Part shown: in pieces, positions 12,143 to 24,295 of the stretch
Layout of the letters: each line of letters starts with the position of its first letter
How positions within the stretch are numbered: position 1 is the stretch's first letter
Assembly (NCBI GenBank): GCA_030324005.1
Contig: JARDVH010000042.1
Coordinates: 108,207,391-108,271,390 of the forward strand
DNA: 64,000 nucleotides
From: Negaprion brevirostris
Lineage: Eukaryota
Reading direction: 5' to 3'
Notes under the pieces: model-generated
The model's input: the letters and a program-made list of their open reading frames with translations, nothing else
Databases searched by the model: none
Told to the model about the DNA's origin: nothing
Position numbers and translations under genes: made by a program

Positions 12143-12244
12143 TTGAATAAAGAGAAGTTAGATAAGTTATTAGAATTTTACAAACAATATAAAGCATTAT
12201 CTGAATATATAGATCAAAAATATAAGTTAACATTAAATGATTTG
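12143..12244 (+). other. sarX: Bacterial (Staphylococcus-like) sarX 5' gene fragment, likely assembly contamination
   Basis: TTG start preceded by Shine-Dalgarno-like GGGGGTG (12128-12134). [34 protein letters not shown] closely matches the S. aureus SarX N-terminus as recalled ([34 protein letters not shown]). Very AT-rich and starts ~30 bp from an N gap. Confidence 0.8.
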
Positions 12245-12887
12245 GTTTATCCAGCAGAATCTTTTAGAACTAATTTTATTGAACAGTTTCTTAATGTGTA
12301 TGGGATGCCACATACCAGATATTAGGACTTTTTTTTAGAACATCATTAATAGGTTATAAAAACAATTAATATCCTTAATATTAATTTTGGTAGTGTTGGT
12401 TGAGGAAAGATTGTTAGTGAGAGTAACCTTCACACTTGGAGATTTTTAACACCCATCCGAATACCTGGAACAGACAAGTGGAACCTTTGTTCAGCTTCTC
12501 ATCTGAAGAACAGTCCTTCTGAGGTTACAGTCATCTCCATGCATTGCAAGAAGGAGTCATTCTAAATTTGGAATTCAAGGATTGGATTGGGAATTTCCTT
12601 ATAGCCATCCCTGGTTGATCATACCATTGTGGTGGAAGCAACATTTATGAACATATAAATTTAATTTTGGTCCCATTAATTGGCAGGTTTATGCGGGCAA
12701 CTCCGAGGAAATATTCAGTTAGTATCTCTTATCACTCTTCCTTCCTTTTCAAAATCCAGTGCTCATTGCAGCACTAGATTGAACCTTAGTATTTTGGTTT
12801 CCACAACTGGTGCGGAGTTCAAATAATGGAAAAATTACCTGCGACCTGCACGTGGCAATCTGATTTCACATTCTCCTGTCTCATCTT

Positions 12888-13152
12888 GGCGGAGTGATGA
12901 TGTCACTGGACTAGTACTCAGTCTCAGCTGTATGTAGCTTCATACGATCAAATTAGACCGTGATAATTGTCATTGATTGTTGTAAAAGCTTACCTGGTTC
13001 ACTAATGTCCTTTTGAAGGAAGGAAATCTGCCGTCTTTACCTAGTCTGGCCTACATGTGGCTCTTAAATGCCCTCTGCACTTGTTGAGCAAGCCTCTCAG
13101 CTCATGGGCAATTAAAATGGGCGACAAATGCTGGCCTTCCCAGCCATGCCTA
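12888..13152 (+). mobile_element. tRNA-derived SINE, same family as 6980-7368 (internally deleted)
   Basis: CTGGTTCACTAATGTCCTTT..GAAGGAAATCTGCCGTC..GGGCAATTAAAATGGGCGACAAATGCTGGCC. Confidence 0.7.
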
Positions 13153-13157
13153 AATTA

Positions 13158-13355
13158 AAGAATCTATAGTGCAGAAGGATCCCATTTGGCTATTGAGCCC
13201 GCACTAATAACAATCCTACCCAGGCCCTATCATCGTAACCACACATCTTAACCCTCCTAATCCCACGATACTAAAGGGCAATTTATCAAGGCTAATCAAC
13301 CTAACCCACACATCTTTGGATTATGAGAGGAAACCCACGCTGACGTAGGGAGAGA
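13158..13355 (-). mobile_element. HE1 SINE 3' fragment
   Basis: AGAATCTATAGTGCAGAAGG...CACATCTTTGGA...GGAAACCCACGC. Confidence 0.75.
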
Positions 13356-13544
13356 TTCTTGTTTGTTCTCCAGATTGTTCTGTGCTGTATGTTGTACACA
13401 AACACGTGGTGCAGCTGATAGCAGTTCTGCGTTTGTTGCAGCTTGCTTGTATTTTAGATTTGAGAGATGCTGTCAGCTCACTCAGAATGACGTGATGCTG
13501 TCAAAAGGCGTGAACTGGTGCATAGATCTGCAGAATGTGTGGAG

Positions 13545-13930
13545 AAGATGTTTTTACTGGGGAGGGGCTGTCTGGAGGCCATGAATTTAAGGTAGCTGCC
13601 AACAAACCCAGCTGAGAATTCAGGAGACACTTTTTGGCTCAGATTGATGAGAATGGGGAATTTGCTGCCTCATGGAGTGATTGAGGTAAATAGTTTTTTT
13701 TAAAGAGTAATCTGGATAAGTACACAAGGGAGAAAGAAATAGAAGGATATATTGATGGTTTGAGATGAAATACAGCAGGAGGAGGTTCATGGAATATTAA
13801 TAGGGGATTTTCATAGTAATTTCATTGCATTGTTAATGTAAGCCTACTTGTGAGACTAATAAATAAACTTACCAGCATGGACCTGTTGGCTGAACTGCAT
13901 GGACTGTTTTTGAACTATAACATTCAATGT
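13545..13930 (+). mobile_element. CR1 LINE 3' end with an inserted type-B SINE tail (13801-13870)
   Basis: GAATTCAGGAGACAC..TTT..CTCAGA..GATGAGAATGGGGAATTTGCTGCC is typical of the CR1 ORF2 C-terminus; inserted TAGGGGATTTTCATAGTAA...AATAAATAAACTT. Confidence 0.65.
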
Positions 13931-14807
13931 AATACTGTGTAATATATATGCTGCATATACTAGGTACACATAACATAAAGCTTCAAAGCCTGCGTAATGT
14001 TAGTACTCAACAGGAATAAATCCTAACTATATCCTTTAGCTACAGTTGATATCTTTATTTTTTTTATCTTTGTACTAGAACTGTGGCTCTAATAGATTTT
14101 ACAGAGCAAATTAAATAGCTCTTGATCTTGGGGAGTACTTTGGGGAACAGCTGTTTTTTTCAAAGATTTGCCATCACAAAAGATTTTGGAAAGTAGTCAA
14201 AAATAATTTTTTCAGAAGAAGTAAAATACCAGGAGAGACAGACAGGCCATTGTCACCCTGAACCTGCAACATTACTGGCAGAACATGTATGCACAAAGGA
14301 ATCAAATGTAAGGACCATTCATCTACTTAAACAGATTGAAAATGACTGGTTACATCAAAGAAGGAATTGAAAAGAGAGGCTGAGACTGATTTGGGAATAC
14401 TGCTAAGTCATTACAGGAATAATGTATTGCTTCAAAAGTTGCATCCTACACGAACTCTCGCTTAAGTTTACTGACCTGATTTCTCAGTGATCTGAAAATT
14501 TATGGAGCAATTTCTAGGGTATCCTTTGGCTAGCCATTAAAATTAATAACACATTGGAATTTTCAATTCCAAAGAGTTGCCCCACAGGAAATTAATAACT
14601 TTTCACTGCAAATATGACCTTGTGCACTGGACTGTTGATGTAGAAAGGAAATGCCCATTCACTTACTGTGAAAGAGTGATGTACCTGTTCCTTCATTATA
14701 ATTAAGTGGCTTTTGGATTTTTTTTTACTGTTCCATCTGATTCTGAAGCCAGTGACTTTAACAGAGTATTTGTAAACTAAGAACAGAGAACCTTAGTAAG
14801 CTGATCT

Positions 14808-15330
14808 AATCATAGAATCATGGAAACCCAACAATGCAGAAGAAGGCCATTTGGCCCATCGAATCTGCACCAACACCAATCTCATCCAGGCCCCATCCCC
14901 AGAGCCCCATAAATTTACTCACTAATCCCTCTAATGTACACATCCTGGGACACTAAGGGGCAATTTAGTTTGACCAATCAATCTNNNNNNNNNNNNNNNN
15001 NNNNNNNNNNNNNNNNNNNNNNNNNNNNNNNNNNNNNNNNNNNNNNNNNNNNNNNNNNNNNNNNNNNNNNNNNNNNNNNNNNNNCCCATCCCCAGAGCCC
15101 CATAAATTTACTCACTAATCCCGCTAATGGACCCATCCTGGGACACTAAGGGGCAATTTAGTTTGACCAATCAATCTAACCGTCACATCTTTGGATTGTG
15201 GGAGGAAACAGGAGGACCCAGTGGAAACCCACACAGACACAGAGAATGTGCACACTCCACACAGACAGTGACCCAAGCTGGGAATCCAACCCAGGTTGCT
15301 GGAGCTGTGAAGCAGCAGTGCCATCCATGT
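14808..15330 (-). mobile_element. HE1 SINE (part artefactually duplicated across a gap)
   Basis: Reverse-complement tail at 14808 and head at 15285-15330; 14892-14984 is repeated at 15084-15176. Confidence 0.85.
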
Positions 15331-15509
15331 GGCAGATGTCTGTAGACTTAATCTGTTTTCACTTCATGCCGATCCATACCTGTATTTCTGAGCGGCAGTT
15401 GCTTGATCGGGATTGGAAATATTGGATGATTTAATTTGACTGTAGCTCAAGGTGTAAGTTATAGTCAATCCTCCACCACCCTTGCAGACAGCTGATACTT
15501 GAGGTTGTC

Positions 15510-15760
15510 AGACGTGGCTCAGTTGGTATCACTCTTGAGGCACAAGCTTCTGTGCTCAAGTTGCTCTGTAGAACTTTGAGCATAGAAATTGAAGTTGACA
15601 CTCCAGGGCAGTATGGAGGAGTGCTGCTGCACTGTTGAAAATGCCATCTTTCAGAAGGAATGTTGAACCAAGACCCCATCTGCCTTTTCAGATGGATGTA
15701 AAATTTCCCAAGATGCTATTTCAAAAAGGGCCAAGGGGTTAACCCTGAACTACTGCTGTC
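15510..15760 (+). mobile_element. DeuSINE (SacSINE1-like) 5' part
   Basis: CGTGGCTCAGTTGGTATCACTCTTG...GACACTCCAG...CAGATGGATGTAAAATTTCCCA. Confidence 0.7.
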
Positions 15761-16873
15761 TTCTGTAAGGTTCATTGTATGAAGTAAATGTAGATTATTG
15801 AGCTGTCGAATAAAGTCAGAATGTTGATTCCATGCCATTAACTTCATCATCTGTTTAAAATCAATATAATTTTTCCAACTATATACCTTTGTAATTTGGC
15901 CAAGGAAACATTGCCACTGATTCAATATATGCCATCAGGGAGATGAATTTCAGCTCAGCTTACTGCCCAGTGTCTTTAAGAGTGGACACTAAGTGAAAAT
16001 ATCTCCAATTGTGGCTGTCCGCCAATATGTATCTGCTACTAGTATCTCAAAAGAACAGAAATTGTTGGCATTAATAAGGCCTTGGAAATATCACTTCTGC
16101 TTTTATTCTTGCTTCTGCACCCCTCAGTGTACTTAATCCACAAGAAATTATTACAGCGACCATATATTCAGGAAGAAAATGGCACAGTATTCCAACATCA
16201 TCTTGTGTGGACTCTAAGGCATGAGGTTAATGAATATTTTGGTGTCACGCCACTAAAGATAAGTCTTATTAGGAAGCATGACTCCTTTCAAAATAAACTC
16301 ACATGGTGTAAAGAGAAGGAGATAAATCACTTTGCTGTGCATCATAATGTACCTTTAGATGCATGAGCACAGCAGCAGTCCAATTGAAGAAATTTATTGC
16401 TGAGTAAAGCATCCAATCCAAACCATTAAGCATAAATAATATCAGTTTTCAGCATTCTGAATGATATGTTTTATATGGCATGTCAGTACATGGNNNNNNN
16501 NNNGAATTGTGTGCCGATCTTCACATGTGACAGAACTTGAGTTTTCAAGCTCTGCAACCTGTGATTTTCCATGGCTCCGTGATACTTTCCATTTTATCTG
16601 GTGTCTCCACAATTTTCTCCCTTTCCTGTCTTCAGACTCCTTACAATTTGTTCACTCCATGACTGCCAGTTGCACTCATTGTTGACCCGTTGTTCACTTT
16701 GTCAAGTTATTTGACACTGGTTGAGTATATGTTGAGCCTAGTCATGTTCTCGCCCAGTGATCACTGTGTACTAATTAGTAGCAGGATCCCTAGGTGATTT
16801 CTCTGAACCAGGGTTGCTGACGCCAATTGGTGTGCCCCTACCTCATGGGATGACAGCAATTAGCTAGGCATTA

Positions 16874-17028
16874 AATAAAACAGAAACTGCTGGATAAACT
16901 GAGCAGGTGAAGAAGAGTCATGTGGACTTGAAACAAACTCTCTTTCTCTCTCCACAGGTGTTGTCAGCCCTGCTGGGTTTCTTCAGCATTCTCTGTTTTA
17001 CTTCAGATTTCTGGCATCCACAGTATTT
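16874..17028. mobile_element. Penelope-like palindromic terminal-repeat remnant
   Basis: Inverted arms AAAACAGAAACTGCTGGATAAACTGAGCAGG and CCTGCTGGGTTTCTTCAGCATTCTCTGTTTT around TGAAGAAGAGTC-ATGTG-GACTTGAAAC. Confidence 0.65.
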
Positions 17029-17029
17029 C

Positions 17030-17225
17030 GATGCAGAATGACACCAAGAGCGTGGGTTCAATTCCTGTACCAGTTGAGGTTGTTCATGAAGGCCCTCAAC
17101 CTTGATGCTCACCTGAGGCGTGGTGAGCCTCAGGTTAAAATCACCACCAGTCAGCTCTCCTCTGTAACGGGGAGAGAGCAGGCTTTGGTCATCTTGGGAC
17201 TATGACGACCGTCCCTTTTTTTTAC
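17030..17225 (+). mobile_element. tRNA-derived SINE (third family)
   Basis: B-box GGGTTCAATTCC; body CCTCAGGTTAAAATCACCACCAGTCAGCTCTCC; T-rich tail. Confidence 0.5.
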
Positions 17226-18141
17226 TTATATATAATGCACATTGTGTAGAAATTAAAGTTTAATGGGCTTCATCTAAATACATGAATACAATGACACACT
17301 ATCTTACATACTCAAGCGAACACCTTTGCCAAGTGGTGATTTCTCTTGATTTCACTTCGATAAGTGGATTTAATTTATGTCCGTAGAACTTGAGGTAATT
17401 GCGAAACAATGTATAGGGAAATAACAATAAACCAGTGAGAACTGAACTGTGGGGAAAGCACACTGTAACACTGTGTTACATTGATGTTTCTAATAAAGTG
17501 ACCTTTGTTTTATGGTGGTGATTAGAGATTGCCTCTTGTGTACCACACAGTACACATTACACAATAATATATCCATGCCAGCCCCACACATTTCATTAGA
17601 GCTACTGTTGGATTATGTAATGAGACGGCGTCCCTTTTGCAAAATGTCAGTTAAATTCTGAGCAATGCAATCCTGACTTTCTTAGGAAGTACTTGAAAAG
17701 AATAGAGCAATTTTCCTTTCTGATTTCCCACTCCCCACACACTTTACCCAACACCCCTTGAAGGTTCAAGTTAGTTTCTTTCCCTAAATTCAACAGGACT
17801 TATAACTGACACTTTAGGACTTCTGCTACACCCAAAAACTGTTGTTTGTTATTCAGTGTTGCCTTCCCCCAGCTCTAACACTGCCACCCAATCATAATAA
17901 ATGACTTACTGGAAAGAATATAGGTTGTCCATTGCATCTCCTGTCAGTTTGGAAGAGGAAAATTGACAATATAGGACTATGTAGTACAGGCCCAAAGTGC
18001 TTGTCAATTTATTTGGTTATACAATTAAAAATTATTCATAAAAGTGAAAATATGGGCAAAATACCGAACAAGCAGTAATTGTAAGACAGAATTGGAAACT
18101 ATCCTTGAAAACCCATTTGCCCTGTTCTGAATGATGTTTTA

Positions 18142-18437
18142 GGGAGCATGGTGGCACAGTGGTTAGCACTGCTGTCTCACAGCTCCAGGGACCTGAGTTC
18201 AATTCTGGCCTCGGATGACTGTGTGGAATTTGTATGTTTTTCCCATGTCTGCATGGGCTTCCTCCAAGTGCTCCGGTTTCCTCCCGTAGTCCAAAGATAT
18301 GCATGTTAGGTTGATTTGCCATGCTAAATTGACCCTAGTGTAGCAGGGTAAATATAGGGTAATGGGAATAGGACCTGTGGTTGGCTCAGGTTCTGTGGGC
18401 CAAATGGCCTCCTTCTGTACTTAGGGATTCTATGATT
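18142..18437 (+). mobile_element. HE1 SINE, full length (tail A)
   Basis: GCATGGTGGCACAGTGGTTAGCACTGCT...GGCCTCCTTCTGTACTTAGGGATTCTATGATT. Confidence 0.9.
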
Positions 18438-18844
18438 TCTTACAATTGAATATTTTCTTTTGATGCATCAAATCAGCTTTCTGCTGTTACTTGACATAGA
18501 TCTTTCAGGATGAGATTTACACTTGGCAATTATCAATGCCCACATTAAGTTTCAGATATCTGCAGTAGAGCTGAGGCATTTAGCACCCAGTTCTCCTTTT
18601 GAAGTAAAACAATTTGCTTCAGACGCTCCACTGTTCAAAATGTTACAGTCCATACACCTCAATCTGATAATGGTCTCGAACAGTCGTGTTCCAGAATTTC
18701 AACTCATTTATATCAACAGTCTGGAATAAATATTAATCTGTGAAAGTTGTGCATTATAACATTTTGATTAGTTTGCTGTTTCCCATCAAAGGAAATCTTT
18801 ATACATTTATTAGTGATTATCTGCCTTGCCTGGATTTTGTTGGC

Positions 18845-18938
18845 TGTTGATTGGAATAGCTATAGCTCTAGCTCATTAGAGGGGTCAGTTTTTGCACAAA
18901 GCGTGCAGGAAGGTTTTTTGACTCAGTATGTAGATAGG
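18845..18938 (+). mobile_element. CR1 ORF2 endonuclease-region fragment
   Basis: Peptide VDWNSYSSSSLEGSVFAQSVQEGFLTQYVDR resembles the CR1 'DW....G..F..CVQE.FL.QYV' motif. Confidence 0.7.
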
Positions 18939-19391
18939 NNNNNNNNNNNNNNNNNNNNNNNNNNNNNNNNNNNNNNNNNNNNNNNNNNNNNNNNNNNNNN
19001 NNNNNNNNNNNNNNNNNNNNNNNNNNNNNNNNNNNNNNNNNNNNNNNNNNNNNNNNNNNNNNNNNNNNNNNNNNNNNNNNNNNNNNNNNNNNNNNNNNNN
19101 NNNNNNNNNNNNNNNNNNNNNNNNNNNNNNNNNNNNNNNNNNNNNNNNNNNNNNNNNNNNNNNNNNNNNNNNNNNNNNNNNNNNNNNNNNNNNNNNNNNN
19201 NNNNNNNNNNNNNNNNNNNNNNNNNNNNNNNNNNNNNNNNNNNNNNNNNNNNNNNNNNNNNNNNNNNNNNNNNNNNNNNNNNNNNNNNNNNNNNNNNNNN
19301 NNNNNNNNNNNNNNNNNNNNNNNNNNNNNNNNNNNNNNNNNNNNNNNNNNNNNNNNNNNNNNNNNNNNNNNNNNNNNNNNNNNNNNNNNNN

Positions 19392-19735
19392 CTCACCCAA
19401 ATATTTTTTCAAGACTGTAAGGTTTCAGGCCTCCATTACCTTCCCAGGCAGGGCATTCCAGATTCCCACCACCCTCTAAGTGAAAACATTTTTTTTCACC
19501 AAATCCCCCTCTGAATCTCCTGCCCGTTACCCTAAAATTGTGTCCCTGCGTGATTGATCCCTCAACCAAGGGGAACAGTTGCTTCCGATTCACCCTGTCC
19601 ATCCCCCTCCCAATCTTAAAAACCTCAATTACATTCCCCCCCCTCAGCCTCCACTGCTCTAAAGAAAACAATCCCAGCTTGTCCAGTCTCTCCTTATAGC
19701 TCAAATGCTTCATTTAGGGCAACATCTCGGTGAAC
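19392..19735 (-). mobile_element. CR1 ORF2 C-terminal fragment
   Basis: Peptide LSYKERLDKLGLFSLEQWRLRG..IEVFKI.RGMDRV. Confidence 0.85.
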
Positions 19736-21144
19736 TTGGTGTTGATCCCCTGTGCTGCTCATCTGGCTCAGCACGACTCTTCATAGCACCTGTGCATGTG
19801 GATGTTTCTGGTTTGACTCTATGTTTTGTCCATGACCTCAGCTGAATTGTCATTTCCCCACTGACAACAGGTCTTGCCAATTAGCTTGACCATGGTTAAA
19901 GAGATAGAATGAAGGTTCCTTTGGAGGATTATTTCTTCCACGGTCGGAAGTAAAATGGGAAATGTGTCCCTTACATTTGTATTTGTGATTTCCCAGCAAA
20001 TAGACAAAAAGGAAATTTTCCTCTATGTTTGAATGACCTAACATCACGTTTGGCATTTAAACACACCTCCTGGACAGTTGTGGGAGCTGTTTGGCGATCT
20101 GTGAGTGTTACTTAAAACAGGCAGTTGATTTAAAAGATGATATTGAATAGTCCAACCAACATAGAAAGGCGAGCAAACAAAAAACAAGAAGTGAAAAGAA
20201 GGAACAAGATGTGTTTCTGGAGTCGGAAGATTGAGGGATGTACTGGAGCAAAAGGTAGGGGATTTATATATAAATATATACAAACACCCTGTATAGAAAA
20301 GAACAATTTTGTTGATCCTTTGGCTTTTCCCTAAGAATTTTTATAGTGTAATTTAGAGGAAATGACAGATAAAGTGGAAGATGAGAGAGAGCAAGGAAAA
20401 AAAATTAAGAAGTGCAAACCTTGTAGAAGGTATAATAGGAGTGATTCTATGCTTCCAGCAGGGAGCAAAAATTATAGGTTAAGAAAAACAGAATTGGAGC
20501 TTCTTAGTCCTAACTCCAACCTTTGTTCCCTGTGAGTGCAATACAAGTGAGCCTTCCAACTAAGCAACATTGGCAGAGACCCCCAAATCGGTTGCCCTTT
20601 CATTCTTCACCTGGAAGAGTCATGTAATCCATGCAGACCCCAGACCCATTGAAAAGAAAGAAATGGGCTCAAAATAATTCTGAGCAATGTCTTGAAAGGT
20701 CAATCTGCCTTGCCTCCCTTTGATAAATTGAAAAGAACAAAAAAGAGCCAATGATTCTGCACAAATGCTGACTTTCAGGAATATTTGTGTGATTTTGCTT
20801 CCTTTGCGTGGAACTTGGCCACTTGGAGCACATATCAGAAATCGGGGGGGCGCTGTGGGAAACAATCAGTAGGACCTCTGGATGTTTCGATCCAATACAT
20901 TTAATATTAAGATTGTACAAGTTTATCAAATGTTATTCTGTAATGTGAGTTCATTCATAACCAGAGCTATCGACCAGTTATATCAAGCTGTAAACTGGGA
21001 TGGTAGGTAGTTGTCACTGAGAAGGCTTTGGATTAATTTATTATTCGTGGATGTATTTGCAAGTGCATCACAAGCCCTCATTTGTGTTTTTATTTAAGCC
21101 TTGTTCCGGTGGATACTTGAGTGTTAGGAAAAGTGGCTGCAATG

Positions 21145-21622
21145 TTTAAAGTTTATATATTTATTAATTAGACACAAGTAGGCTTACGTGAGTGAAGTTA
21201 CTGTGAAAATCCCCTAGTTGCCACACTCTGGTGCCTGTTCGGGTACACTGAGGGAGAATTTAGCATGNNNNNNNNNNNNNNNNNNNNNNNNNNNNNNNNN
21301 NNNNNNNNNNNNNNNNNNNNNNNNNNNNNNNNNNNNNNNNNNNNNNNNNNNNNNNNNNNNNNNNNNNTGAAGTTACTGTGAAAATCCCCTAGTTGCCACA
21401 CTCTGGTGCCTGTTCGGGTACACTGAGGGAGAATTTAGCATGGCCGTTGCACCTAACCAGCATGTTTTTCGGACTGTGGAAGGAAACTGGAGAACCCAGA
21501 GGAAACCCACGCAGACACGGGGAGAACATGCAGACTCTGCACTGACAGTGACCCAAGCCAGGAATCGAACCCGGGTCACTGGCGCTATAAGGCACCAGTG
21601 CTAACCAGTGCACCATCATGCT
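21145..21622 (-). mobile_element. HE1-type SINE, tail B (part duplicated across a gap)
   Basis: ACAAGTAGGCTTAC..GAAGTTACTGTGAAAATCCCCTAG...GGAATCGAACCCGGG..GTGCTAACCAGTGCACCA. Confidence 0.85.
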
Positions 21623-21664
21623 GTCCAGAACCATTCGTCCTTGCAGCCTTCAGCCAAAAACTAT

Positions 21665-22000
21665 GGCTGTGATTCTTCCATCCTGCTGCGCTAATACTTT
21701 AGTGCAGTGGGCCGGGAGAATCATGCAGGGGGCCAGCGTCCCGCTAGCGTCTCCTAGCGCTGGATTTCAGGCGTATTCTGTTCTGTGCCGGAAATCGGTG
21801 GGGAGGTGGGACTAATGTTCAAATGATATTTTAAGTATCATTGTGGATGTGTTTGTTATTTCTTATTCACGCCGGTGGCCTTTGCTGTGCACAGACCGTG
21901 GGAGAGTCTAGTGTGAAGTCCCACAGAAAAAAAAACACTGTGAATTACTCCAGTTTTCCCGTGAATTCAACACTTAGAATTTTTTGGTAGAATTCTGCCC
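21665..22000. mobile_element. MITE / non-autonomous Harbinger-like element
   Basis: Imperfect TIRs GGCTGTGATTCT / AGAATTCTGCCC flanked by 3-bp TAT on both sides. Confidence 0.6.
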
Positions 22001-23817
22001 TATGTATCTGTCACTGCAGTGTGTGGAAAACAAACAGAACATTTATTTTTTAAAGAACTTAAAATTTTGTCATCCTGAATCACATTGATTGAGTTTACAA
22101 GGCTAAGTGCTATCACCAATGTCAACATTCTTGAAGAAGGCAAATCAAAGAATACATTTAAAATGTCCCTAACAAAATAATAAATGTTTTTAATTAACTG
22201 GGGCTTATTTCTGTAATGTGCTTTCTGTGTACCTGATGTTAGTTGTGATTGGCAGCTGTTAGCAGCTGCAACAAGCAATTGGATTGGGTTGGCAAATGGT
22301 GCAGTGTATTGAAGCAGCAGATGAGGAGAACATAAGCTTATAATTCCTTATTTACTGAATTCCTCCATTTTAGCTCATCTGCTAAACAGAGACCAACTCA
22401 GAGAATGAGAGAAAATAATCATAAATATTTTAACAACCACCTTTGAGCATGTTTCTGAAAATCTAACCTCTCCAACTCTCAAATTTTGAGCAAAACCAAT
22501 ATACCCATTCAATCAATTCGGCTACAATTCCCCACCGCAAAGTATTGATCAGCTTTGTGGCTGGAATATTGTTTTTTGACCCCCAGGTTCAAAATACCCA
22601 GCAGCAAAGAGAATGTGCAAGTTTGGAAAGAGCAATGCTCTCAACTTGACCCTGGAAGTTCTGTGACCAAAGTGAATTTCGAAATGTGTTTGTCATGTTA
22701 GGAAGATTTTTAAATATATACTGTAAACAGTCCATGTTGAGAGAATTCCTTTTGTTTTTGGAAAATTGATGGAGTTTACCCTTGTCCTGTGTTCATGTTT
22801 AATGTCATGAAGGAGAGTTGCCTTAGGCTTTAATGATCCAGAGAGCCTCTCAATTTCTTACAGCTCATAAAACTACATGTGGTGCATTGAACAGGGCACC
22901 CAGTGATTGATTTTCAAGACTGGATATTCTTCTGTGTGGTAAATGTATGAAATATTTATTTTAGTGCAAAAACACGGCATAATGAAATAAATTAGCTTTT
23001 CATCTGTTGGGACTAAACAATTACACCTTGTTTCAACATGGAAAGTGGGTGGCTAGAAAATAAAAAGAAATGTATTATCCTTGGAAAATGTATGTTTTTT
23101 TGTTAGGTAGCAAAAGCAGTAGGAGCTTCAGCATTAAGCAGATCCAATAGATAAGATGAATGCTGCATAGCGTGCTGCCCAGTGGGCATTTTAAACTACC
23201 AAACCACTTTTCATTTTAATAGCACAGCTCTTTGTGTGAAGAAGCAGTGTGTCTAGAAATGTTGTTTGAAATCCTGAAAGCAAAAAGCAGTTTTTCAGCA
23301 CAACGCAAGTTGTTTTTGAAGCGGTGTTGCCCTGGATTAGGATGATGTCAATAGGTCAGTTTTCCTAAAGTGGTGCATGTTTTGTGTTTATGGGCTTGTG
23401 CACTATATTGGGTGTTTTAATTGATATCTGTATGCTTGAATGAGTCTCCACGTTATGTCTTGTGAAAACCACCTGATAAATGATCAGGCAGAAACAGTAG
23501 GCTGATAATGGTGGTGTAGTATCACCTTGTATCAAGGAGTACAGTTGTGGGGACTGCAGCTGGACAATCCTGAAGATGGCTACCTGCAAGATCTTGCAGT
23601 GTGGAGTATTCGTAGTATTTATCAAGGAACTCGAGCCATCAACATTCTCCTTGAGGCACAAATGCAGGAATGCCAGCTTGCCTATTTCAGAAAAGCACCA
23701 ATTGAGCTTTATAGCTCAGTTCACCACAACAGTGTACCATCCCAATTGACCACAACATTGTCCCATTCATATTAAGCAGAGTGGTGTCCCATTCTCAAAA
23801 ACCATAGTGGTGGCAGC

Positions 23818-23888
23818 TGTATAGGGCACTGGTGAGGCCGCAGCTGGAGTACTGTGTGCAGTTTTGGTCGCCGCACTTACGCAAGGAT
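23818..23888 (+). mobile_element. CR1 ORF2 fragment
   Basis: Peptide LYRALVRPQLEYCVQFWSPHLRKD. Confidence 0.8.
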
Positions 23889-24054
23889 NNNNNNNNNNNN
23901 NNNNNNNNNNNNNNNNNNNNNNNNNNNNNNNNNNNNNNNNNNNNNNNNNNNNNNNNNNNNNNNNNNNNNNNNNNNNNNNNNNNNNNNNNNNNNNNNNNNN
24001 NNNNNNNNNNNNNNNNNNNNNNNNNNNNNNNNNNNNNNNNNNNNNNNNNNNNNN

Positions 24055-24295
24055 TGTGCGGAGTCTGTATGTTCTCCCCTTGTCTGCGTGGGTTTTTTTC
24101 AGTGCTCTGGTTTTCTTCCACAGTCCAAAGATGTGCAGGTTAGGCAGATTGACCATGCTAAATTGACCCCAGTATTAGGGAGATGAGCAGGGTAGTTGTG
24201 TGGGGTTGCAGGAATAGGGCCTGGGTGCCATAGTGGTTCGTACAGACTCAATGGGCTGATTGGTCTCCTTCTGTACTGTAGGGATTCTGTGATCA
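24055..24295 (+). mobile_element. HE1 SINE (5' end lost in gap)
   Basis: V-domain CCACAGTCCAAAGATGTGCAGGTTAGG and tail CTGTAGGGATTCTGTGAT. Confidence 0.85.

Noticed and set aside
11497-12150. Long ORFs crossing N runs (also 18813-19514, 38930-39566, 46522-47443)
   Set aside because: Their length is due to undefined bases.
12143-12325. 60-aa ORF as a functional shark gene or proven horizontal transfer
   Set aside because: Only the first 34 codons are SarX-like, the signals are bacterial and the fragment is next to a gap; contamination is the simpler explanation until reads say otherwise.
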